This document shows, piece by piece, positions 50,279-60,309 of a stretch of 64,000 nt of DNA (position 1 is the first letter of the stretch; each line of letters starts with the position of its first letter). The DNA is from a virus. Its lineage: Duplodnaviria > Heunggongvirae > Uroviricota > Caudoviricetes. The notes beneath the pieces were generated by a model that saw only the letters and a list, made by a program, of their open reading frames with translations, did not search any database and was not told the origin of the DNA. A program made the position numbers and the translations under genes. The stretch lies in IMG/VR virus record IMGVR_UViG_3300008255_000105; one strand, written 5' to 3'.

Positions 50279-50530
50279 CTATTTTTCCCCAAGTTTTTTA
50301 AGCAATTCAACTACTTTTCCATAAATATCTCCATCATCATTCCAATAAATATCTAATTCTTTATCTGAAGCTTCACAATTAGGATTGGTGCAAACCCATG
50401 TTTGTCTCAATGGAAAATTTTCTATGTTAGGATTTTCAACATGTTCAATTCGTGTCTCAAATTCTCGTTTTTCACCCATCAATAATTTTTCTTCGCAAAA
50501 TGGACAATATTTTTCTGTTGACCGAGACAT
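50279..50530 (-). CDS. Zn-ribbon small protein (83 aa)
   Basis: CPFC...CTNPNC. Confidence 0.45.
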   Translation of the reverse strand: MSRSTEKYCPFCEEKLLMGEKREFETRIEHVENPNIENFPLRQTWVCTNPNCEASDKELDIYWNDDGDIYGKVVELLKKLGEK

Positions 50531-50586
50531 GTTTTATCTCCTCTCAGACAGGTAAAATTGTTTTTGAAATTGAAATGATTATTATG

Positions 50587-50649
50587 TTTAGATTTCTTTT
50601 AGACATATAAATATAATTTTCATCTTTGAGTGATGCGAATCCGTTCAAA
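50587..50649 (-). pseudogene. 63-bp duplicated fragment of gene 48670-49797 (copy of 49061-49123)
   Basis: 61/63 identity; supplies the 3' end and stop of ORF 50620-50877 in a different frame. Confidence 0.5.
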
Positions 50650-50877
50650 ATTTGATGAAAATTCATAAGCAACATCAGATGGTGTTGGAGTTTCGTCGTA
50701 TTGTCCCTGGAAGGTGATTTCCAACAACAACTCTTTTTCACCTTCAATTAAAAACAAAGAGGCATCCCAAATAAAATGTTCATTGTTAAATTCATCAATT
50801 GCAGATGAATTGCTTGAAATTTCGGCTCTCCACCCATATCTTTCAGCATCTTTGAATTCGAGATGAAACTTTTTCAT
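50620..50877 (-). CDS. hypothetical protein (85 aa)
   Basis: ORF. Confidence 0.4.
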   Translation of the reverse strand: MKKFHLEFKDAERYGWRAEISSNSSAIDEFNNEHFIWDASLFLIEGEKELLLEITFQGQYDETPTPSDVAYEFSSNFERIRITQR

Positions 50878-51341
50878 GATTCTTCGCCCAATTGAATCGT
50901 GTGAAGAACTTTTTCATTATTTGCATCTTCAATGCGAATTTCATTTGAATTTCGTTCAATAACCAAATTGAAATCAACCCGATTTCCCAAGTCCTTGATA
51001 AAAGAAGTGAAAACCATCTTAGCAATAGATCCAAAGCTCTGAACTGATGTTATTTCATTTAATTTTTCCAAAATTTCTTCACACATTTTTTGGTCTTTGT
51101 AATTCAACAAATTTAATTTGTTGAATAGACAGATAACCTCTTCAACATATTCTTCGTCTTGATTGTCAATATAGCAATAATCATTAGATGAATCATCAAT
51201 GGTCACATAAATTTGGAATCGTTTAATTTTGGGAAATTTCTCCATCAATTTCTGACAAATATCATAAAGCTGTTGATGAACGGGGCGAAAATGTTGCTCC
51301 AAACCTAGAATGGTTTGGGTGATTGGATTTCCAGTGCTCAT
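50874..51341 (-). CDS. hypothetical protein (start at ATG 51341 with GGAGGG SD)
   Basis: the 14-bp perfect hairpin at 51354-51387 precedes the SD. Confidence 0.45.
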   Translation of the reverse strand: MSTGNPITQTILGLEQHFRPVHQQLYDICQKLMEKFPKIKRFQIYVTIDDSSNDYCYIDNQDEEYVEEVICLFNKLNLLNYKDQKMCEEILEKLNEITSVQSFGSIAKMVFTSFIKDLGNRVDFNLVIERNSNEIRIEDANNEKVLHTIQLGEES

Positions 51342-51409
51342 AATCCCTCCTAAACCCAGAGCCCACTGTTTTTCCAGTGGGCTCTGGGTTGTATCGGACC
51401 TTGGACTTG

Positions 51410-51586
51410 TTAGTTTGACCCGAGGAATTTCTTCCACCCCGGCCACCCCTTCGACCCCTTCGAGGGCAGGCAGCCGATCTTCTTGGCCTTCTTGGCCTCC
51501 TTGGTCGTCGGGACGGACGTGCAGGGGCGAACAAGCTTCTTGGCCTCTTCGAAGGTCAGGTGCTTGGTCTCAGGATTCGTGCTCAT
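51410..51586 (-). CDS. GC-rich small basic protein (58 aa), compositionally foreign
   Basis: MSTNPETKHLTFEEAKKLVRP...KEAKKAKK; GC3-rich codons (ACC, AAG, CTG, GCC) in an AT-rich genome; AAGGA SD 9 nt upstream. Confidence 0.45.
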   Translation of the reverse strand: MSTNPETKHLTFEEAKKLVRPCTSVPTTKEAKKAKKIGCLPSKGSKGWPGWKKFLGSN

Positions 51587-51711
51587 GGTGTTTGTCCTTA
51601 GCTGTGGTGAGCCTATGGGGCCACCTGGGTTCTCATAGATAACGGGAACAAGCGGCTGGCAGCCTTGACGCACGGGGGCTTCCAGATTAGCACGGATTCA
51701 GCAGCCAAAAA

Positions 51712-52257
51712 TTATGTATTTTTTCTAGGGGAGATTGATCTTTTGTCAGGCACAGAAATCTTTTTAGCCAAAGAAATCTCTCTGTCCTTTTTCCTAATTC
51801 TTGCCTTTTCTTTTCTCTGATTCGAGAAATCTTCAATTTTAGCTGGGACAACAACAGAAACTGGTTCAACCTTTTGGCAATCAAAAATCCCTGAAACAAC
51901 CCATCTCAAAACCCACCTCACCCCAATGGATGACCAATAAAACAAACAAATTAAAAAGACACATAAAAAGACACAACCAAGAACAATTAAAACAAATTCA
52001 AAAAGTTTACCAATTTTAATTGGTAAATTAAACACAATAGAAAACAAAGAAATGAACAACAAGGTTGAAATTATTTGTTTTCTTGGTGTTCGTTCTTCAT
52101 GGTTGTAGAAACACCAACAAGCAAAAAAACCCATTTCTAGAATAAGACAGAATATTACTGAATAACAAGCATAGCTGAATACTTCCATTGATCCAAAAAA
52201 AGCATAATTAGGATTAATAAAACAGTTGTAGAACAACGCAAAAAGCGAATGGTCCAT
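51712..52257 (-). CDS. polytopic membrane protein (181 aa)
   Basis: multiple hydrophobic helices. Confidence 0.5.
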   Translation of the reverse strand: MDHSLFALFYNCFINPNYAFFGSMEVFSYACYSVIFCLILEMGFFACWCFYNHEERTPRKQIISTLLFISLFSIVFNLPIKIGKLFEFVLIVLGCVFLCVFLICLFYWSSIGVRWVLRWVVSGIFDCQKVEPVSVVVPAKIEDFSNQRKEKARIRKKDREISLAKKISVPDKRSISPRKNT

Positions 52258-52326
52258 TTCTCTTCATCCTTATCACATCACATCCACAGTTGAACAAATT
52301 TTGTTGTTTTGTTGATTCTATTGGTT

Positions 52327-52866
52327 CTATTGGTTACCATTTGGCGTAAACAAATTGTTGAATTGATTTGCCAAAAAATCTTCAAATTGAGATGCTGCTT
52401 GTTGCTGTTTCCGCATGTTGTCAACAGCCGATTGAATTGCAGCAATATCATTATCAAATTCAGGATTGGCAGCAAATCTATCTTTGGCATCATTAATTGT
52501 TTGTTGTGCAAGGATAACATCCCCTGAATTCAATTCAGCAGAAACCTTTTGGTAAAAAAGCAAAAAATCTCTTTTATCTAATTCATTAACCACCTGCAAC
52601 CCCAAAGGTGTAATTTGATCGTCTTTTTCGGGGAAATCATTATCAAGCTCAAGAAGTCGCAACAATGCTTCATCAGGATCCCCTTGTCGAAATAATTGCC
52701 GGGCTTGAGCTAAACCTTCTTGAAATCTTTTTTCACGAGCATTAGAATAAATGAAAAAACCAGAAACAGACAAAATAATTAGGATTGAAATCAAAACAAC
52801 AATTGTGAATAAAGTCTTTTTGCGTGGCTTGCCGGGGTTGGCAGGAGTGGCGGGTTTGGTGCTCAT
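52327..52866 (-). CDS. membrane-anchored TPR-like protein (179 aa)
   Basis: N-terminal TM segment then helical repeats. Confidence 0.5.
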   Translation of the reverse strand: MSTKPATPANPGKPRKKTLFTIVVLISILIILSVSGFFIYSNAREKRFQEGLAQARQLFRQGDPDEALLRLLELDNDFPEKDDQITPLGLQVVNELDKRDFLLFYQKVSAELNSGDVILAQQTINDAKDRFAANPEFDNDIAAIQSAVDNMRKQQQAASQFEDFLANQFNNLFTPNGNQ

Positions 52867-52959
52867 GGTTTTATTCCTTGGATGCTGGCCGTTGCTGGCT
52901 CAACACAGGTTATAGAGGTAACACGCCCTCCGCTCCCGTAACACACGGGGGCTTCCAAG

Positions 52960-53040
52960 CTCTCGGGGAGAGATTCGAACTCTCATAAGTCTTTCGACAC
53001 GCATTAACAGTGCGTTGCATTGCCAGTCTGCCACCCGAGA
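52960..53040 (-). tRNA. tRNA with GUU (Asn) anticodon and an unusually long variable arm (81 nt)
   Basis: perfect acceptor TCTCGGG/CCCGAGA; anticodon ACGCA-CTGTTAA-TGCGT; 14-nt variable region with GTC-GAAA-GAC hairpin; T-arm GAGAG-TTCGAAT-CTCTC. Confidence 0.6.
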
Positions 53041-53136
53041 ATGAGCTATCATTCACACATCAATCTTTTTTTGTTAATTGTTTTTATTAGTTCGGGTTAC
53101 CAGTTAGTGTACCCAGGAAAACAGTCTACAGGCTTC

Positions 53137-53146
53137 ATTATACCAC
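53137..53146 (-). promoter_or_regulatory. extended -10 promoter GTGGTATAAT with TTGAAT -35 (18-nt spacer)
   Basis: motif copy 4, ~90 nt upstream of the Asn-like tRNA. Confidence 0.45.
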
Positions 53147-53162
53147 AACTACACTCCTAAAT

Positions 53163-53525
53163 TCAAATTACATAATCAAATAAAAAGTTCCTATAATTTG
53201 ATTCATTTTTCTGTTTTCTACGTTCTTCTAAAAGCCCATCAACAATACTCATCTTTTTTTCTTTATCTGGGTATACTTCATCAATCAATTTTAAATTAAG
53301 AACAACATATTCTTTTTCTTCTCTTATACTGTTATAAAAGATATTCAACATATGTTTAAGATCGTAATTGTTTTTATTTTCAACCAAAATACAATAATTA
53401 CCATTTTGAAGTTGTTTAATACGATACCAAGATTTTGTAAATTGGGCTGACAAATTTGCTTTTTCTAAAACTCTTTTTAAATCAAGACTTGTTTTAAAAG
53501 TAAAACCCACAGGATGTCGTTCCAT
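53163..53525 (-). CDS. hypothetical protein (120 aa)
   Basis: ORF. Confidence 0.45.
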   Translation of the reverse strand: MERHPVGFTFKTSLDLKRVLEKANLSAQFTKSWYRIKQLQNGNYCILVENKNNYDLKHMLNIFYNSIREEKEYVVLNLKLIDEVYPDKEKKMSIVDGLLEERRKQKNESNYRNFLFDYVI

Positions 53526-53723
53526 TTTTTAAATCACTTTCAATCTTCTTCTTGCAATCTCCTAATTGCTTCGTTGTTGAAGCCTCTGCTTCTTAATTCT
53601 CTTTCAATGTCGTTTGCGTCATCATTAGCCATTTTAGCTTTTCTTGGGTTTGAAAAACCATAGTCTAAATTTTTCAATTCTTTGATCAAACTGCCTGTCG
53701 ATTTGTTCTCATAGAATGACATT

Positions 53724-54068
53724 TCACATCTCCAAATCTTTTTCTTTTACGCCGACTGATTTACACAATTGCATTAGTGCTTGCCATCTACCGATTGCAA
53801 AGAAGTTTCCCAATTCCATAGCTTCGATTCCCAATGTTGCGACTTTGTTCCTGCCATATTTAAATGTTCTGTCAGAAATAGCTTCAAGGCTAACATTTTT
53901 TCTATTATTTGCTATTTTTTTGCCAATTCTTGCAGCATAAGCACGATCCATTTTTCCACGAAGATATGCTAATTCATAAATGCTTTTTTCTTTGACCTCT
54001 TTGACCTCTTTGACTTCTTTGACTTCTTTGACTTCTTTGACTTCTTTGACTTCTTTGACTTCTTCCAT
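53724..54068 (-). CDS. hypothetical protein with N-terminal (VKE)n repeat
   Basis: 9-bp tandem repeat x8 at 53990-54063. Confidence 0.45.
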   Translation of the reverse strand: MEEVKEVKEVKEVKEVKEVKEVKEVKEKSIYELAYLRGKMDRAYAARIGKKIANNRKNVSLEAISDRTFKYGRNKVATLGIEAMELGNFFAIGRWQALMQLCKSVGVKEKDLEM

Positions 54069-54229
54069 TGGGTTCGTTCTTCCTTTTAGTTTCGTTCCCA
54101 GGGGGCACGAGCCAAGGAGCTTGGTTTGTCCCTGACTCGTGCCCTGTTTTTAGTATACTCTCGTCGGTCGTTGTTCCGGTTTTGGAATTTTGGGCAACAA
54201 CTTTTTAATTTTTATTATCCTGAAAAGAA

Positions 54230-54463
54230 TTATTCTCCAAGGAATTCTGGTGTTCCTTGAAATTTTTCGGAAATCTCACAAGCATAGATAGTATTCCCAG
54301 ATTTCGCTTTCAATGCTCGCACAACACGTCCAATGCGATCCCTTGATGTTTTGATCAAGCCGATTTCTTCTTGGTCTCCCCATAATTCTTCGCCGCAACG
54401 ACATTCGAGGATACGATACCAGTGGATAATGTGTTGTTCCACCAGTTCTTGCTTGTTTCTCAT
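54230..54463 (-). CDS. hypothetical small protein (77 aa)
   Basis: ORF. Confidence 0.4.
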   Translation of the reverse strand: MRNKQELVEQHIIHWYRILECRCGEELWGDQEEIGLIKTSRDRIGRVVRALKAKSGNTIYACEISEKFQGTPEFLGE

Positions 54464-54582
54464 TGTCCGTCCCTTTCATTGAACGGCCTTTAACTCGCTG
54501 GCACTAGCAAGTTTAGGCATTTCAATGATGGGTTTTTCGCACCTCGATCATGTCGCCTTCATACCCTTTCGTTTTCAGTCTA

Positions 54583-54655
54583 TACCGGAGGCCGGACTTG
54601 AACCGGCGACTTGTTGCTCATGGGGCAACCGTTCTACCAACTGAACTACTCCGGT
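54583..54655 (-). tRNA. tRNA-Met/Ile2 (CAU), anticodon loop CCCATGA (C33)
   Basis: acceptor ACCGGAG/CTCCGGT; D-arm GTTC-AGTTGGTA-GAAC; anticodon stem GTTGC/GCAAC; T-loop TTCAAGT. Confidence 0.7.
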
Positions 54656-54689
54656 AAAATTTCTTTTCAACTCCACCCGTTTGATCTAC

Positions 54690-55130
54690 CTAATCAGTTG
54701 TTTCCATGGCTTGAAGCCATTCTTCTGCTTCCTTTTCTTTATTATACACATATTTTAGGACAAGATACTTTATTGGTTTAGAATAATCTTCCATTGGGAA
54801 TTCCACAACTTCCACACCTTCTCTAAGGATAAAACAAGATCTAACAATATTGCTTGGATCAGCAGCAATTAACCTAACCAAATTAATCTTTTCAGATTCT
54901 ATGAATTTATCAAAAACCCTACTTTCGGCTTGTTGTCCTAATTTTCTAGATTCTATAATTGATGTGTGAAAAAATGCAACTTCTTGACAGGTCCAAGCTT
55001 TTGTTCCATTCCACAAAGTATAAACAGGGACTTTAGCTGTTTCATATTTCGAAAAATCTCCATAGCACACATTTAACCATTCAAAATCAGCAGCACATAG
55101 CAAGGAGACACCTTTTTTTTGATTTATCAT
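54690..55130 (-). CDS. hypothetical protein (146 aa)
   Basis: ORF. Confidence 0.45.
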   Translation of the reverse strand: MINQKKGVSLLCAADFEWLNVCYGDFSKYETAKVPVYTLWNGTKAWTCQEVAFFHTSIIESRKLGQQAESRVFDKFIESEKINLVRLIAADPSNIVRSCFILREGVEVVEFPMEDYSKPIKYLVLKYVYNKEKEAEEWLQAMETTD

Positions 55131-55133
55131 ATT

Positions 55134-55412
55134 TTATTTTAACTTCCTATCAAAGAATATTGATAATAATGTAAACAAATAAACACCCACAAAAAGAAGA
55201 GTCAAAATCAATTTAGCATTTATTTTAGAGTCTGGAAAGATAAAACAAAAATTAAGAAATAAGATTGAACCGAAAGCTGACATTGACGGAAGAGTCAATA
55301 AACTTATCGTTCTTTTGTTCATCCCCGTCACACAGCACCTCTCTTCTGGGCGAGGCCCACCCGGCACATGGCCGCTCCGCAGAGCATAACAAACCGGGCA
55401 GAGCGTTGTCAA
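55134..55412 (-). CDS. small membrane protein (92 aa)
   Basis: hydrophobic. Confidence 0.35.
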   Translation of the reverse strand: MTTLCPVCYALRSGHVPGGPRPEERCCVTGMNKRTISLLTLPSMSAFGSILFLNFCFIFPDSKINAKLILTLLFVGVYLFTLLSIFFDRKLK

Positions 55413-55520
55413 GCCGTTGGGGCACTATTTTTGGGTGTTTCTAGGTGCTCCCCCCGGAGGCTTGCAAGGGCTCCCCTGGAGGCTTGCAAGGGCTCCCCCC
55501 GGAGGTTTGCAAAGGATTCT

Positions 55521-56255
55521 TTAGCCATCAGTAGGTGGATCTTGAGATTCTTGAGCGGCCAAAGCGGCCAAAGAATCTCTAATATCCTTCCCATCAATTT
55601 CGTTCCCGATGCTTATCCATCCTGGTGTTTCTTCTCTTGCGAACATTTCAAGTCTTGGTAAATCCCCCATTAATTCAATAATTCTATTTTTGATCTCTGG
55701 TGGTTTTTGACTATGTTCTTGAATTGGTCTAACAATTGATTCTGTTAAAGCCTCCCATGGAATTTCGATATTCACATCAGTTTTTTCACCTAAATCAAGA
55801 GGCTCTTCATATAAATTAATCAAATCAATCAAATCAAACAAACCAAAATCTTCTTCATGTTCCCAGAGGACTTGATGAACAGATTTACTAACCCTTTTTG
55901 GTTTTCCTCTAGTTGCAAGCAAACACAATTCTGAATTGGCACGAGACCAATATCCGAGTCCCCAGAAGAGCTTTTCAGTTTGTTTTTTATTTGTTTTACA
56001 CCAATTAAATCCAATTGTTTTATATTCAAAGCCCCAAGCATCTAAAACCTCAAAAGCTTCTTTCAAATTTGGGCATGTTGCCCAAAGGAAAAGGACACAG
56101 TTATCTGAAGCTACAGAATCCACATCTAATGACTTGAGGTCTTCTAAAGTCATTGTTGGGTAATAGCTTTCAGCCGATCTTCCGCTGCCAGTTGGTTTAC
56201 TCCAAACCCGGAAACTCCAGGGACAGTCTGCCAGGATTATATCAAACTTTTGCAC
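55521..56255 (-). CDS. MT-A70-family DNA adenine methyltransferase
   Basis: IILADCPWSF (DPPW-like catalytic motif). Confidence 0.65.
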   Translation of the reverse strand: MQKFDIILADCPWSFRVWSKPTGSGRSAESYYPTMTLEDLKSLDVDSVASDNCVLFLWATCPNLKEAFEVLDAWGFEYKTIGFNWCKTNKKQTEKLFWGLGYWSRANSELCLLATRGKPKRVSKSVHQVLWEHEEDFGLFDLIDLINLYEEPLDLGEKTDVNIEIPWEALTESIVRPIQEHSQKPPEIKNRIIELMGDLPRLEMFAREETPGWISIGNEIDGKDIRDSLAALAAQESQDPPTDG

Positions 56256-56404
56256 AAACTCACCTTCTTTCTTTTTTACAAATCTAATAAATCAAAGAAA
56301 TAAATATAGTTTTCTGATGTATTTTATCCATATTTTAATTCAACGGCAGGTACATCTTCACGGTAGCGAATTCCATTCAAAAACAATTTTTTCTCCTAAT
56401 CAAA

Positions 56405-56791
56405 TCAAAACGCAGATGCTAAAATAAACAGAATTAAGCCAATTAAAAAGAGATAAAATGATGAATTACATCTAGCTGCTGCCTGCCTCCACCATCTATT
56501 TTTTTCTTCTATTGAATATTCATAATTAAAGACTCTCATACAATCCCCTGGGACATGAAATAAAATTTCCATTGCCAAAACAGCACAAATGACACTAATT
56601 ATCCCATATGGATTCAACAAACAATTGAATCCAATCAAACCTAAAATTACACCAAAAGACAACATCATCGTTAACAAAGAAGAGATTGTTATAGGAATAA
56701 ATGATAATTCAATATTTCTTTCCTTGCTCGCCCACTCTTCATAAGTTCCAGCCCATTTGTTTTTCATCGGGTTCCCTTTGCTTGCGTTCAT
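56405..56791 (-). CDS. membrane protein (128 aa)
   Basis: ORF; overlaps the MORN gene end. Confidence 0.45.
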   Translation of the reverse strand: MNASKGNPMKNKWAGTYEEWASKERNIELSFIPITISSLLTMMLSFGVILGLIGFNCLLNPYGIISVICAVLAMEILFHVPGDCMRVFNYEYSIEEKNRWWRQAAARCNSSFYLFLIGLILFILASAF

Positions 56792-57714
56792 AGAATTAAT
56801 TCATTAAATGAATTAAAATTATTTTCATTGCTTGAAGATTCAGAATATGAGTCGAATTTTGAAAATAGTTCAAAATCATCTTCATCCACTCGTTTCCCAC
56901 ATAAAAACCATTCTTTTGTTCCGTTGGATTTTTCAACAGCAGGTCCATCAAGGCGATGACGTTGGCCGTTGATGAACCATTCTTTTGTTCCGTCGGATTT
57001 TTCTTTTGCTGGCCCATCAAGGCGGTGACGTTTGCCGTTTACCCACCATTCTTTTATTCCATCTGCCATCTTAACGGCTGGGCCATTAAGGCGGTGAAGC
57101 TGGCCGTTGACCCACCATTCTTTTAAGCCATCAGCATTTTCAACGGCTGGGCCATCAAGACGATGAAGCTGGCCATTTTGAAGCCAATCTTTTGATCCAT
57201 CAGCAAATTCTCTCGCTGGGCCATCTGTTCGGTGGCAGAAACCGTTTTGGAACCATTCTTTTGATCCATCGGCTCGTTCAATTGCTGGCCCATCTTCACG
57301 GTTAAATATTCCAAAGGAGTACCAAAATGTTGCCCCATCTGCGGTTGAAACAGCCGGGCCATTTATGCGATGACAAACACCATATTGATACCATTCTTCT
57401 GATCCGTTGGCTCTTTTTATCGCTGGGGCTCTATCTCTATGAAATTGTTTCCTTTTGAACCAAAATTTATCTCCATTTGGTTCTACTATTCTTTTTAGAT
57501 CACCGTCTATCCACCATTCTTTTTTACCATTTTTGAAAATCTTCGCTGGTCCTTTTTCTCGATGAGGTTTTCCATTAACCCACCATTCTTTTGTCCCATT
57601 CTTTCTTTCAACTGCTGGCCCATCAAAGCGATGTTTTTTCCCATTAAGTTTGTAAACAGTGTCGCCGTTCTTGTTAACAGAAAGGATTGGCAACATTAAA
57701 AGACTTTCAGACAT
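56788..57714 (-). CDS. MORN-repeat protein (start at ATG 57714)
   Basis: ~12 repeats of W..NG..HR.DGPA; the listed N-terminal extension reads the (CT)n repeat as ERERER. Confidence 0.7.
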   Translation of the reverse strand: MSESLLMLPILSVNKNGDTVYKLNGKKHRFDGPAVERKNGTKEWWVNGKPHREKGPAKIFKNGKKEWWIDGDLKRIVEPNGDKFWFKRKQFHRDRAPAIKRANGSEEWYQYGVCHRINGPAVSTADGATFWYSFGIFNREDGPAIERADGSKEWFQNGFCHRTDGPAREFADGSKDWLQNGQLHRLDGPAVENADGLKEWWVNGQLHRLNGPAVKMADGIKEWWVNGKRHRLDGPAKEKSDGTKEWFINGQRHRLDGPAVEKSNGTKEWFLCGKRVDEDDFELFSKFDSYSESSSNENNFNSFNELIL

Positions 57715-57718
57715 GATT

Positions 57719-58510
<792 letters not shown>

Positions 58511-58525
58511 TTCTTCTCTCTTCTT

Positions 58526-58798
58526 TCATTCAGACATTGCTTTTTGAACTATCTCAAAGACTTCTTCTTTTGTGAGATATCTATGATTTAAATCTTCAAT
58601 AAATTCTTTTAATCTCAAAGGATCAGAACCATCTTCTAACCAAGCATCAAAATCTATAGTTAAACTAAAAAGGGTTCCGTTAGATATCTTTAATTCTCCT
58701 TCATTTGATAATTCTGTGTTTATCATATCACCAGAATCGTTGATCAAAACACACTTCTCTCCACGTTCTACAATTGCCATTTTTTTCCACTCTTTCAA
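58526..58798 (-). CDS. hypothetical small protein (90 aa)
   Basis: ORF. Confidence 0.4.
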   Translation of the reverse strand: MKEWKKMAIVERGEKCVLINDSGDMINTELSNEGELKISNGTLFSLTIDFDAWLEDGSDPLRLKEFIEDLNHRYLTKEEVFEIVQKAMSE

Positions 58799-58856
58799 GG
58801 CACACCGACCAATAGGATCCTATCACACAACCGGGGGCAACCCACCAATGGAAAAG

Positions 58857-60215
58857 TTAATTTCCATCTAAGATAGATAAGAATTGTTCAAACTTATCAA
58901 TCTCAGATTCCATCTGGTTACCATTTCTCATATCTTTAAAGATAAATATTCCATCTTTTATTTTATCATCAAACAAAATAATTACTGATGTTATTCCTAA
59001 ATTGTTAGCTCTTCTCATTTGACCTTTCAAGCTTTTGTTCTCAAAATCCATTTCAGCCATAAACAACCCAGAGCTTCTTATTGTCCTAACCAATTCCAAT
59101 GCTTTGGCTCTTTCTGTTTCAGATACAGCAGCTATAAAGAGAGATTCTTTTGAAGGGATTGTTCTATTCATTTGTTTAAGATTAATCAAAATTTCACGGA
59201 CTAAAATCAGTCTTTCGAGACCAATCCCAAATCCTGTTGCTCCAATATCTGGTCCATCTAATTCTGGCAACAAACAATCATATCTTCCACCACCGGACAA
59301 TGTCACAGGTGGGAATTCTATTTTTTGTGGGTTGAATTCAACCTCAAAAACAAACCCATTATAATAATCTAATCCACGGATAAGTTCATCACAAAATTCG
59401 AAGTCAATTTTTAATTGGACCAAAGTGTTTAAAATTTTATCTCTATTTTTTACTTCTGGTTGTGACAGAACGTTCCCTATAGTCAAATCATCTTCTAATA
59501 AAAGGACTATATCTTCTGGTTCACCTTTGTCTAAAATTCTCAAAGGATTTGATAATATTCTTTTTTGCCCATCTTCTGAAAACTTGTCAAAATTTTCTTT
59601 ACAAAATCTTTTTAAGAAAAATGAATATTTATCAATGTCTTCTCTTTGGCCTAAATAATTAACTTTTATTTTGAAATATTTTTTGAATAAATCTTCTGTA
59701 ATCCCGAATTTTTCTAAAACAGAGAGAAAAACAACTAGACTTTCAATATCTGAAAGATAGTTTTTTGATCCAATTATTTCGACTCCGACTTGGGTATGCT
59801 GTCTAAATCTTCCTCTTTGTGGCCTTTCCCATCTAAAGGCTGGAGAAAGATAGCCAAGTTTTACTAATCTAGAACTTCCATTTTCTCCAAAAAAGAGTTT
59901 GTTTTCTATTGCTGATCTAATTGTTGGGGCCGTCCCTTCTGGCCTCAATGTTAATTCAGAATCGTCGGGGGCAAGAAAAGAAAACATTTCTTTTGAAACT
60001 ATATCTGATGTTTCCCCAGCAGATCTAACAAACAAATTTGTTGTTTCAACCATAGGTGTTGAGATTAGATTAATGTTTGAGTCTACACAAGCTTTTGAGA
60101 AAGAATTTTGAACATCAAAAAAATTCTGCATAAAAAAGACAGAGTCCTCTGGGGACAAATCATCACTTGGGAACCCTGGCAAAAAATCATGCATACCAGT
60201 CGGGATTTTAAACAT
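58857..60215 (-). CDS. hisS: histidyl-tRNA synthetase
   Basis: N-terminal GMHDFLP, motif-3 GGGRYD, C-terminal anticodon-binding domain. Confidence 0.8.
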   Translation of the reverse strand: MFKIPTGMHDFLPGFPSDDLSPEDSVFFMQNFFDVQNSFSKACVDSNINLISTPMVETTNLFVRSAGETSDIVSKEMFSFLAPDDSELTLRPEGTAPTIRSAIENKLFFGENGSSRLVKLGYLSPAFRWERPQRGRFRQHTQVGVEIIGSKNYLSDIESLVVFLSVLEKFGITEDLFKKYFKIKVNYLGQREDIDKYSFFLKRFCKENFDKFSEDGQKRILSNPLRILDKGEPEDIVLLLEDDLTIGNVLSQPEVKNRDKILNTLVQLKIDFEFCDELIRGLDYYNGFVFEVEFNPQKIEFPPVTLSGGGRYDCLLPELDGPDIGATGFGIGLERLILVREILINLKQMNRTIPSKESLFIAAVSETERAKALELVRTIRSSGLFMAEMDFENKSLKGQMRRANNLGITSVIILFDDKIKDGIFIFKDMRNGNQMESEIDKFEQFLSILDGN

Positions 60216-60309
60216 TGTCTCTTCTCCAGTCGTCTAGAATTAAATCATCAAATAAATATAATTCTGTTGATTTTTCTCAAAGATCTAAATTTTCAAAATA
60301 ATTCTTTTT

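Noticed and set aside
54106-54215. Two terminator-like hairpins with T-tracts on the plus strand
   Set aside because: No plus-strand gene lies upstream. They may be antisense, bidirectional or fortuitous, so they are not called as features.
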